64,000 nt of DNA from Carcharhinus amblyrhynchos (Eukaryota), in contig OZ336891.1 in NCBI GenBank assembly GCA_965287045.1, forward strand, positions 1,922,001-1,986,000. Direction: 5' to 3'. Positions 52,946-64,000 of the stretch are shown here, piece by piece. Positions within the stretch are counted from its first letter, which is position 1, and each line of letters begins with the position of its first letter. The notes under the pieces are model-generated. The model searched no databases, was not told the origin of the DNA, and saw nothing but the letters and a program-made list of their open reading frames with translations. The translations under genes and the position numbers were made by a program.

Positions 52946-53489
52946 CTGCCCAACCCAGGTTTGCTCTGCATCTGTCTCTCAGGATCTGGTAATATCTCAA
53001 CATCACAGTACTCTCACATCTCGACTACAGGCCATGTCCTCATAATCCACTCCATCCTTGCCGCCAGTGTAATGACACAGGCTACAACTCAGTCAGGAAC
53101 ACAAAGTGTATTTATTGACAAGGAAAAGCTGTACAAAAATCAGCAGCCTCCACCCCTCCACTGGCCCCCCACCCCTCCACTGCAACCCTCCCACCCCCGC
53201 CCCTGCCCCCACGCCCGGCTGCTCTGGAACAGCCCACCGGCCACTAGACCACTTTAAAGGTAGTTGCGAGGCAGCTGATTTGGGACTGGAGTCACCTATA
53301 GGCCCAGAGTGGGTAAGGACAGCAGGTTTCCTATCCTAAAGGAGCAATGGTAAATTTAAAGGCACATGAAGGTAAATGGGCAGAGCCGGGGACAAAAATA
53401 TCAGACCTGAATTTTCCATCTGTCAGACACACGTACTTGGCGAGCCTGGTAGCTGCGACAAAGCATGTTTCCAGCTGTGATTGACCCTG

Positions 53490-55135
53490 GTGAGATGCTA
53501 AACAAATATTTCTCATCACTATTTACCGTGGAGAAAGATATGAAAGTTAGGGAACCGGGGGGAGAGAATAGTGATCTCTTGAAAAGCGTTCACGCTGAAG
53601 AAGATGAGGTGCCAGAGATCTTAAAATGCATAAAGGTGATCAAGTGTATCCCAGGACATTGTGGGAAGCTGGGGAAGAAATCAGGGGGCCCCTACGTGGA
53701 GATATTTGTATCATTGACAGCCACGTGTACGGTGCTGGAAGACTGGAGAGAGGCAAAAGTTGTGCTGTTATTTAAGAAAAGCAACAGGGAAAAGCTAGGG
53801 GACTGGTGAGCCTAACGTCAATGGTGGGTAAGTTGTTGGAGGGGATTCTGAGAGACGGGGTCTTCATGCATTTGGAAAGGCAAGGACTATTAAGGATGGT
53901 CAGCATGCGTAGGAAATCGTATCTTACCAATTTGATAAAGTTTTTTGAAGGGGTAACCAAGAAAATAGATGAGGGCAGTGCGGTAGACATTATTTATATG
54001 GACTTTAGCAAAGCTTTCAACAAGACTACTGGTCAGTAAGGTTAGATCACATGGGATCCAGGGAGAACTAGCCAAAATTGGCTTGCCAGTAGGAGACAGA
54101 GAGTGGTAGTAGAGGGTTGCTTTTTAGACTGGACGCCTGTGACCAGCGGTGTGCCACAGGGATTGGCGCTGGGTCAACTGTTGTTTGTCATTTATATAAA
54201 CGAGTTGGATGAGATTATAGGAGGCACAGTTAGTAGGTTTGCGTATTACATCAAAATTGGTGGTTAGTGGACAGTGAAGAAGATTATCTAAGACAATAAT
54301 GGGATCTTGATCAACTGGGCCATTGGGCTGAGGAATGGCAGATAATAAATATGAGGTTTTGCATTTTGGTAAGACAAACCAGGGCAGAACTTCCACAGTT
54401 AATATAGGACCCTAGGGAATGTTGTCAAACAGAGAGACCTAGAGATGCAGGTACAGTTCCTTGAAAGTAGTGTCACAGGTAGACAAGGTGGTGAAAAAAG
54501 CATTTGGGACACTTGCCTTCATCAGTCAGGGCATTGAGTACAGGAGTTAGGATGTTATGTTGTAACTGCACAAGATATTGGTATAGCCACATTTGGAGTA
54601 CTGTGTACAATTCTGGTCACCCTGCTACAGGAAGGATATTATTAAACTTGAAGGGGTGCAAAAAGGAATTACAAGGATGTTATTGGGACTGGAAGGTTCC
54701 AATTATAAGGAGAGGCTGGATAGGGTGGCCCTTATTCTCAGAGTGTTAGAGGATGAGGCGTGACCTTATTGATTTATAAAGTCATGAGGGGCAGAGGTGG
54801 ATGGCCAAGGTATTTTCCTCAGGGTAGGAGAGTCCAAAACTAGAAGGCATAAGTTTAAGGTGAGAGGAGAAAGAATTAAAAGGAACCTGAGGGGCAATGT
54901 TTTCACACAGAGGGTGGTGTGTGTATGGAATGAGCTGCCAGAGGAAGTGGTAGAGGTGGGTACAATTACAATATTTAAACTACATCTGGACAGGTATATG
55001 GATAGGAAAGGTTTAGAGGGATATGAGCCAAACACAGACAAACGGGACTAGTTCAGTTTAGAAAACCTGGCTGGCATGGATGAGTTGGGCTGAAGGGCCT
55101 GTTTCTGTGCTGTATATCTCTATGATGCTATGACT
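53490..55135 (+). mobile_element. Degenerate CR1 ORF2 (RT region to 3' end)
   Basis: EDWREAKVVLLFKK, SLTSMVGKLLE, YMDFSKAF, FTQRVVCVWNELPEEVV. Confidence 0.9.
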
Positions 55136-55149
55136 ATCACCAGTCAGCA

Positions 55150-55565
55150 CTAGAACCAGAGGGCACAACCTTAGGCTAAAGGGACAATCCTTTAAATCAG
55201 AGATGAGAAGAATTTCTTCAGCCAGAGAGTGGTAAATCTGTCAGAGAAGGCTGTGGAGGCCAGGTCATTGAGTGTCTTTAAGACAGAGATAGGTAGGTTC
55301 TTGATGAATAAGGGGATCAGCAGTTATGGGGAAAAGGCAGAGAATGAGGATGAGAAAAAGAATCAGCCATGATTGAATGGTGGAGCAGACTTGATGGGCC
55401 GAGTGGCCTAATTCTGCTCCTATGTCTTATGGCCTTATAGTAGGGGAGTTAAGTGTGATGGAGATGAGGCAGGAAAGTGAACGTAATGAGTGTCCATGAT
55501 CTTATTAAATGATGGAACAGGCTTGAAGGGCTGAATGGCCTACTCCTGTTCCTATTTATTATGGT
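55150..55565 (+). mobile_element. Two additional CR1 3' ends
   Basis: ctagaaccagagggcacaacc... (same family as 290-940), followed by a second tail. Confidence 0.8.
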
Positions 55566-55703
55566 TGTGTGTTCTCACTGACCTACATTAATTTCCCTTT
55601 AAACGATACCTTGCTTTTAAGATTTTCAGCCTGGTTTTCAAACACCTTCATGGCCTTACCTCTCTGTGATCTCCTATCCCACAACCCTTGGTAGGAACCC
55701 TTC

Positions 55704-56491
55704 TTGGTAGGAATAATGGTAGGAAGGATTATCACTTACGTGGCGAAAAACTGCAGCAGGCGACGGTGCAGAGGGACCTCGGGGTCCTTGTGCATGAGTC
55801 GCAAAAACCCAGCTTGCAGGTGCAGCAGGTGGTCAGGAAGGCGAATGGGATGCTGGCCTTCATAGCGAGGGGGATTGAATATAAAAGTAGGGAGGTCTTG
55901 CTGCGGCTGTATAGGGCATTGGTGAGGCCGCAGCTGGAGTACTGTGTGCAGTTTTGGGCGCTGTACTTACGCAAGGATATTTTGGCCTTGGAGGGAGTGC
56001 AGAGGAGGTTTACTAGGCTCATGCCGGAGTTGAGGGGGTTGAGCTATGAGGAGAGGCTGAATAAACTAGGCTTGTACTCGTTAGAGTTTAGAAGAATGAG
56101 GGGGGATCTCATTGAGACGTATAAGATGATGAATGGGATGGATAGGATAGAGGTGGAGAGACTCTTCCCGCTCAGAAAGGATAATAGGACTAGGGGGCAC
56201 AGCCTCAAGATAAAGGGGGGGCAGTTTAGAACAGAGTTGAGGAGGAACTCCTTCACTCAAAGGGTGGTGAATCTCTGGAATTCTCTGCCCGTTGAAGTGG
56301 TGGAGGCTACCTCACTAAATATTTTTAAGACGCGGGTTGATGGGTTTTTGATAAGAGAGGGGATTAAGGGTTATGGGGAGAGGGCGGGAATGTGGAACTG
56401 AGCCACGACAGATCAGCCATGATCTTATTGAATGGCGGGGCAGGCTCGAAGGGCTAGATGGCCTACTCCTGCTCCTATTTCTTATGTTCTT
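55704..56491 (+). mobile_element. Young CR1 copy C inserted in an L2-like fragment
   Basis: ORF 55688-56401 nearly identical to copies A and B; TSD aaccct at 55683-55688 and 56492-56497. Confidence 0.93.
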
Positions 56492-56792
56492 AACCCTCTG
56501 GAATATCTTCACTCTTCCAATTCTGGTCTCTCGAGCCTCCATGACTGTCATCGCTTTGTCATTGACGCCTGTCAGAGGAAACTGAATGAAAAAAAAGACT
56601 TACCTTCATGAGCACTAAATGGGTGCAACCTTCACCCATCACCAATTCTGAATTACTTCCATTCTCTTTATTTCTATTAATCATCACATAACACAAACAC
56701 TCTACAGATTGTAAATCCTCCATCATTTAAGATTGGCAAGTAATAAGTGCCACTCCTGCAGAGATGGTTTACGAGACCTCAATGGAGGTTAA

Positions 56793-57160
56793 AGGGGAAG
56801 GCAATGGTATAGTGAGATTGTCTCTGGAGTAATAATCCACTGACCGAGGAGTAATGCTTTGGGAATCTGGGTTCGATTCCCTCCATGGCAAGTTATGAAA
56901 TTTGAATCCAATAAAAACCTGGAATTAAAATGAAGACCCTTGTTGATTGTTGTAAAAACCCATGGAGGTCACTAATGGGAAGGAAATCTCCTGTCCTTAC
57001 CCGGTCTGGCCTACACGTGACTCCAGATCCACAGCAATGTGGTTGATTTAAATGCCTTCTGACACTGTCAAGCCAACCAATCTCAGTTCAAGGGGTAATT
57101 AGGGATGGGCAATATATGATTGCCCAGCCAGCAACATTAACACCCCATAAATAAATTTTA
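56793..57160 (+). mobile_element. Second tRNA-derived SINE family copy
   Basis: Homologous to 20868-21225. Confidence 0.75.
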
Positions 57161-58249
57161 AAATTCCTAGAGCACTAAAAATAAGAAAGAACTTGCATTT
57201 ATGTAACACCTTTCATGATCTCAGGATATCTCATAGTGCATCACAGCCAATGAAGTATTACTGTTGTAATATAGCTAATGTAGGAAATAAAGAATATTCT
57301 CTGATTGTACTGACCATCCTTGAACTAGTTTAAGTAGTCACTGCTACTTGTGGGATCTGACTGTGTGCAAATTGGTAACTGCATTTGTCTACAAAGTAAC
57401 ACTTCAAAATTAATTGAATGCGGGTGAGGCACTCTGTGATATTTCTAACAGATATGTTACACAAATGTGAGCCTCTTCTTTTATACGTCAATACATTATT
57501 TTGGGCCTTGGGAGTTTCCCTTTCTCAGATATAGGATGTTACCGTTGACTTGTCAGCCCCCAAAAAGAAGCTAAACATACGATTTCCTTCCCAACGTCAA
57601 GACTCAATATGAAGCCTGGAGGCATGGTATTGTCCTGGGTTTGAGACTGTGTGAATGGATTTCGTACCCTACAATTACAGAGATGACAAGATGACAAGTG
57701 GCGATGGAATTGTTCCCAGATGGTCTTTTAATACTCCCAGCCTAGATTACATGCTGCACTGCGGTGACAAACTCTCTCCGCAAATAAGGAAGGACCTCCT
57801 GGTGCATGTTAAAATAACTTTTAACATTTTTACAATCTGACGTATATACTGTTCTAATTTTAATCCGAGGAGCATCTGAAACCACAAATAGATACAAATG
57901 ATGCTGAAAGCTTTTCACGATCAGCGTGGTATCCATTGTGCAATAGTTTCTTTATCTCCCTGATAAACTCAGTGACTCTTTTCACATCTATAAATTTGGA
58001 CATTGGAAGTTTCAGCTCAACGTAAGAAAAGAGGGAGCAACTGCACAGCCTGTCGCCCGCACCCCCTCTCCCCCAGTATTTATACACACCTCTCCAACAT
58101 AGACTCTACCCACCCACTTAATCCCCTCCCATAACCCGTCCTCCTTCATTATAAACTCTGCCCAACTGTTTAACCTCCTCCTACAGCCTGAGTGCACTCT
58201 GCAATAAAGCATAGTTTTTTTAAATCTCTTATAGCCTGGCCTAAAACAT

Positions 58250-58525
58250 GGACGGCACGGTGTCACAGCGGCTAGCACTGCTGCCTCACAGTGCCAGGGA
58301 CCCGGGTTCGATTCTTGGCTGGGGTCACTGTCTGTGACCCAAGTCTGCACGTTCTCCCCGTGTCTGTGTGGGTTTCCTCTGGGTGCTTCCCACATTCTGA
58401 AAGATGTGCTGATTAGATGCATTGACCAGAACAGGCGCTGGACTGTGGCGGCTAGGGGAAAATTTCACAGTAACTTCATTACAATGTTAATGTGAGCCTT
58501 ACTTGTGACTAATAAATAAACTTTA
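58250..58525 (+). mobile_element. HE1-like SINE (aataaacttt tail type)
   Basis: Head gggttcgattc, central domain, tail cttacttgtgactaataaataaacttt. Confidence 0.85.
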
Positions 58526-58914
58526 AAAATCATGTAATATTTGGAATTCTGCCTTTTGTTACATATTTATTTTCTATCTGGAAGCGAGGCTGCAACCTTC
58601 ACCAGATACAATTTTGTCAGAAGTGGCTGTCCTGCAGGCCAGTATACCATTGTTTTACAAACTTATCTCCACCCCTAAGAGTGTTTCAGGTACACAGTCA
58701 GATTCCAGAGTGTCAGCAGCCCTGACTTACTTCAATATATATACACATAGTTGAGACTCTCTGATCGGGCAGGTAATCATTACCTCAATCAGGGAGCTCA
58801 TATTCGATGAGGCCAAACTCATGGGCCTTGTTGAGGTTATTACAATGAGCCTGTACTGTGATTGGCTGTTCAAGTGTAACAGATTCCATCAGGCCTGGCA
58901 GTATTAGTGGAGAA

Positions 58915-60058
58915 AGAAAGATAGTTAATTTCCAGGTTGTGATCTTTCACCGGGTAGAAGTTAGAAATGGAGTAAAACTTGAAGGGGGAAGAGTTGGGAA
59001 AACATACAAAAAGGAAACCTCTGATAGAGTGGAGGAGGAGAGATTAAATCGCAAAAGGTTGGATTGTACAAGGCTAATAGGAGCATGAAATAAATCCACA
59101 AAAAGAAAACACAGCGGAGGCTGGAAACCTGGAAAGGCGAAAATGTTAGAAATACTCAGCTGGATAGATGGCAGAGAAACCGAGATAGTGGGCAGAATTT
59201 ACCAGTCTGCCATGTGGTCTGCCATTGGCCAATGGCAGAACATTCTGGTTCTACTGTTGTCAGCAGAGTTTCCCACGCACCTTCTGTCTCTGTGAAACCA
59301 GCATTAGGGATGTGCCGTCAGTGGGAATGAAAGAACCTGCTAGCTTGAATAGCTGGAACATTCCGGCCAATGTTTCAGGTCAATGAAGATCCTCCATCTG
59401 AAACATTAGCTGGGATTTCCCAGCCTTCCCATGGTGGGTTTTCCAGCAGCAGGGACCGCTCGCCATTGGGATCCAGTGGGATCTTCCAATCCTGTCGAAT
59501 TCAATAGCCATTTACATTGTTCATTGGCAGCACTGCTGGAGAACCCACCATCAAATGGTGACCTGCTTTCATCACTGGAATACCCGCCATAGGGTAGCTG
59601 GAAAATCCCAGCCGTTAGCTCTGTTTCTCTCCACTGACCCTATCTGACCTGCTGAGTAATTCCAGCATTGTCTGCTTTTATTTCATATGTATAAAGGAGA
59701 TGTGAATAGCAGGATAGCAATCAACCAAACACAAAGTCAAGGAGATAAGGGAGAATTAAGAGAAAAGAAAATTGACGGTCTAAGAAACCTAAAATAAACT
59801 GGGGCAGAGGTTATGATCTAAAATTGCTGAACTCAATGTTGATTCCAGAAGGCTATAAAGTTTTTAGCTGAGAGATGAGCTGCTGTTCCTTAAGCTTGTG
59901 TTGGGTTTTAGTGGAATACTGGGGCAGGCCAAGGACTGAGAGGTCAGAGTAGGAGCAACATGGAGAATTAAAATGAGAGGTGAGCACAAGCTCAGAGTCA
60001 CACTCGTGAACTAAACAGAGGTGTTCCACCAAGCGGTCACCCAGACTGAGTTTGGTAC
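58915..60058 (-). mobile_element. Old Penelope-like element (second family) hosting a nested hairpin and two MITEs
   Basis: Minus strand ~59812-60058 reads TKLSLGDRLVEH...SHFNSP...DLSVLGL...KLKEQQLI...PSGINIEFSNFRS*, a GIY-YIG C-terminal region. Confidence 0.75.
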
Positions 60059-60186
60059 CAGTCCTGTTCTGACCTGACTTCCAGCAGGAATCACCAGTGG
60101 CAATCAGGTGATGGACCCTTGGATAATTTATCCATTTCTTGGTCTAATGGGGGAGGGCCTGGAGGGACAAAATCAGTTATGGTGTT

Positions 60187-60967
60187 GACAGGTGAACTGG
60201 TGCGACAACAATAATTTCTCCCTCAATGTCAACAAAACTAAAGAGGTTGTCATCGACTTCAGGAAGCGTAAAAGGAGAACATGCCCCTGTTTACATCAAC
60301 AGGGACAAAGTAGAGAGGGTCAAGAGCTTCAAGTTTTTAGGTATCCAGATCACCAATGACCTGTCCTGATCCCCCAAGCCGACACTATCTTTAAGAAAGC
60401 CCACCAATGTCTCTGCTTTCTTAGAAGACTAAGAAAAGTTGATATGTCAGCTACAACTCTCACCAAATTTACAGGTGCACCACTGAAAGCAAACATTCTT
60501 TCTGGTTGTATCACATCTTGATATGGCTCCTGCTCTGTACAAGACTGTAAGGAAATACAAAAGATCGTGAATGTAGCCCAATCCATCACGCAAACCAGCC
60601 TCCCATCCATTGACTCTGTCTACACTTCCTGCTTCCATGGCAAAGCAGCCAGCATAATTAAGGACCCCATGCACCCGGACATTCTCTCTTCCACCTTTTT
60701 TCATTGGGAAAAAGATACAAGGTCACGTACCAACCGACTCAAGAACAGCTTCTTCCCTGCTGCTGTCAGACTTTTGAATGGACTTACCTTGCATTAAGCT
60801 GATCTTTCTCTACACCCTAGCTATGACTGTAACACTACATTCTGCACTCTTTCCCTTTCTTCTCTATGAACGGTATGTTTTGTCTGTATAGCATGCAAGG
60901 AACGATGCTTTTCACTATCTGTTAATACACGTGACAACAATAAATCAAAACAAATCAAAATCAAATC
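60187..60967 (+). mobile_element. Rex1/Babar LINE 3' fragment
   Basis: WCDNNNFSLNVNKTKEVVIDFRK...VERVKSFKFLG; (aaatc)n tail. Confidence 0.9.
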
Positions 60968-62139
60968 AGATCAGATCAGTTAAATCAGCAAAATGCAGGA
61001 TGGAAGCGAGGACCATCTGGCCCGTACTCAGTGAGTGAGGAAGTGCTGAGCAACAATGGGATCTGCAGTTGTCACCTCAGGATTCAACCCTGAGTCTTCT
61101 CTGTGTTGGGTTGCCAACTCTGGCGGGATACATTTAGGGAAATGTGAGTGGAAGTGATGTCAAGGACACAGTGACATGGAACAAATTTTTCTGTTGAAGG
61201 AAATTAAGGAGGAGACAATATTCTTAAAGTTAGAGCTAAACCAACAAAACAGGCACTCCACTGCAATCCGCTACACTCAGACGGTCAGGATTTACACTGA
61301 GCTGGCTGGCAAATAGGGATTCTTGACAGTAAAGTTCCCATTAAACTGCTCCGGTGTTTGGCTGCACTGTAACACAGGCCTTGTTCCATGTTAATACAGA
61401 ACATGCGCAGCCGTGCAAAAAACATTGAAAGATATCAAACAACGAAGAAATTGTGCGCCCTCAACAACAACATTCAGGGAGTTATACTGGCTAGCACTGA
61501 GTCCCCATCTGGCCTCATCAAAAATCTACTTATCAAAAACAAAATCCATTGACCATTTCCTGAACAACTTCCAGTAGCCACTGTGCTGGTTGGCATCTCA
61601 AACAGTGCACTGCGAACATAGGCCTTGTATATGATCACAAGCAGCATCAACTCCCCGCGTTAAAGATGGTATAGATCAAACACAGAGAGTGACCTTGTCC
61701 CAGTGCCACCCCCACAAACCCCCCTGCGGCCGCCTGCTTCCCCAGCCCCCTTCACTGCTGGTGTTACAGCTTATGAGAACATTGTTGTGTGCATACTCAG
61801 GCTGAATACGGCAAACAAGGAAGCAGAGAGCTTCCAACCTCCTGGAATGCTTTCTTTGGCCACGGCGAGATTGATGCTGATTGAGTTCCAGTCAGTCCGG
61901 GAACGTTGCCAACTCCCTTTGCAGCCAGTTCAACAATTAAAGCAATTCTATGACATCTCGCAAAGTCAAAGGGTGCAAAAGCAACTTGAGTTGTGAATCC
62001 CAGTGATGTGGGGATAGACTCAGGGAACAGGTAATTAATCATCTGAAGGTTCCAGGTTCTATTTCCATATCATGGATAGTTTTGCCACCTGTTCCGCAGG
62101 GCACTTAAAGGCACTCTGGGCAAAGTGCCTTTTCTCAGC

Positions 62140-62581
62140 TTGGTTTGCTAACTTGCCAGGATTGTCCCAGAGCCTCTCAAAGTTGAAGATTAATCTCCAA
62201 GAGATTGCTGCCAGCAAAGTCCAGAAGGAAAATCATTGTGGCCAATGAAAAAAATAATTGTTTTCCTTTCATGTTCTTTGAACTCTTCTATTTTATTAAT
62301 TTGAATATTATTGGAGATGGAAAAAAGGCTGGTTTGGCTGACAATGACAACAACAACTTGCATTCTCTAGCATCTTCAACACCATTAAACATACCAGGTA
62401 TTTCGAGGAACATTGACAAGCAAAGTTTTGCAGCCAAGAATCATTCATATCTGGGCGATGAAGAGGATTTTCACTCATGGGGAGGTGAAAAGCCACAATG
62501 ATTGACAGGTTGGGCAACCAATGAGAAGCAAGCTGGCTGGAGGCAGGCAGTCACGTGATGAAACCAGAGTTGGCACCCTTA
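62140..62581. mobile_element. Degenerate hAT-like non-autonomous element (GGGTTGCCA-type ends)
   Basis: Ends gagttggcaccct; interior aagattaatctccaagag...ctgc resembles 40-250, whose other end is at ~1320-1361 (ttgacaaccct). Confidence 0.45.
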
Positions 62582-62941
62582 CTTGCAGCTGAAGGGGCGA
62601 ATTAGCAGCCGGTGTGTCTGGGCTCCTCCGCTAAGGCTGATACTGGAGAGGAGCCAATATCCTTACCCAGTGCAGCCTGTCAAACCTCACTCGCACTTTC
62701 ACATATATGCAGGCATGTTTAAAAACAGATGCGTTTAGCACCTTTCAGTACATTCCCAAAGCATTTCACAGCAAATCCAGTCCTTATTGAAATGAAGCCA
62801 CTGTTCTAATGTAGGATATGCAGCAGTCAATGTACGCATAGCAAGATCTCAGAAGTAGCAAGGTGATAATCACTAGCTAATCTACTTCAAGATGTTTTGA
62901 TTGAGGAAGAAACATTGGCCAAAATGCTGGGCTCTTCTTCA

Positions 62942-63035
62942 CTTTCACTCGCCTGAAGAAAGAGTGAGACTCCGAAAGCTTGTGCTACCAAATAAACCCG
63001 TTGGACTTTAGTCTGGTGTTGTGAGACATCTTACT
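62942..63035 (+). mobile_element. Penelope-like terminal fragment with hammerhead core, inserted in a DeuSINE-like element
   Basis: CTGAAGA (62953) ... GAAA (62974) GCTT GTG; 11-bp TSD gctcttcttca at 62931 and 63036. Confidence 0.8.
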
Positions 63036-63469
63036 GCTCTTCTTCAAAATAGTGGATGGGAACTTTAATGTTTACCTGAGAGGGGCAGGCAGAGCCTAGG
63101 GTTAATCTCTTATTCAAAGAATGGGACCTCTGACAGTGCAGCATTCCTTTAATGTTGCACCGGGAGTGCCAGCTTAGAATTTTGTCTTCAAGATTTTAGG
63201 ACTTGAACTCACAAGCTCTGACTCACAGATGAAAGTTATATTAATCAGATTTATTCAAGGTTAGAAACATTTACAATATTGTGATTGTTCCATTGTCCCA
63301 GAAAATTACCCTCCACTCCTTTCCACCAACAGGAACAAAACAAGGAAGAAACCATAAACTACAGGCCAAGCCCCAAAACTGGAAATTCCTGCCCGAGGCC
63401 AACAGACCTTTAAGTGGTCTGTCGAGTTTTCCCGCTACAATTCCTGTTGTTGGAATAGCATTGTATGGC

Positions 63470-64000
63470 ATAGAGTCATAGAGATTTACAGCATGGAAAC
63501 AGACCCTTCGGCCCAACTTGTCCATGCCACCCTTTTTTTTGAAAAACCCCTAAGCTACTCCCAATTGCCCGCATTTGGCCCATATCCCTCTATACCCATC
63601 GTACCCATGTAACTGTCCAAATGCTTTTCAAAAGATAAAATTGTACCTGCCTCCACTACTACCTCTGGCAGCTTGTTCCAGACATTCATAACCCTCTGTG
63701 TGTACAATTTATATGCTCTTATGAAACAATTGCCCCTCTGGACACTTTTGTATCTCTCCCCTCTCACCTTAAACCTATGCCCTCTACTTTTAAGCTCCCC
63801 TATCTTTGGGGAAAGATATTGACTATCTACCTTGTCTATGCCCCTTATTATTGTATAGACCTCTCTAAGGTTACCCCTCAGCCTCCTACGCACCAGAGAA
63901 AAAAGTTCCAGTCTATTCAGCCTCTCCTTATAACTCAATCCATCAAATCCCGGTAGCATCCTAGTAAATCTTTTCTGCAGTCTTTCTAGTTTAGTAATAT
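63470..64000 (-). mobile_element. CR1 3' fragment running off the window edge
   Basis: ORF 63555-63959 LSYKERLNRLELFS...QRVMNVWNKLPEVVVEAG. Confidence 0.9.

Noticed and set aside
62500-62565. Promoter-like cluster (CCAAT plus GTCACGTGA E-box)
   Set aside because: It lies inside a probable hAT-like repeat with no adjacent gene evidence
1-64000. CRISPR array, operon or prokaryotic defence system
   Set aside because: Vertebrate DNA with no regularly spaced repeat-spacer array; all RT and nuclease fragments are explained by known transposon clades

Overview
This is vertebrate, repeat-dense genomic DNA, most likely from a shark or other elasmobranch, judging by HE1/V-SINE-like, SacSINE1/DeuSINE-like, CR1 and Penelope repeats. 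One clear host gene is present: AMIGO1 on the minus strand (single coding exon 8919-10439; LRR-Ig-TM protein), with a candidate 5'UTR intron, uORFs and a CCAAT-rich promoter near 11.0 kb. The remaining ~53 kb has no recognisable host CDS. It is a mosaic of CR1 LINEs (three near-identical young copies), Rex1/Babar LINE fragments, tRNA-derived SINEs, a Gmr1-type Gypsy relic nested in a fragmented CR1, Penelope-like fragments with minimal hammerhead ribozyme motifs, and MITEs with 3-bp AWT-like target duplications. I found no convincing new multi-gene system. The most notable items are a perfect 105-bp hammerhead-bearing hairpin insertion and two MITEs inserted at equivalent sites in both arms of another Penelope-derived hairpin. 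Repeat family names come from recognition by eye, and most repeat boundaries are approximate.
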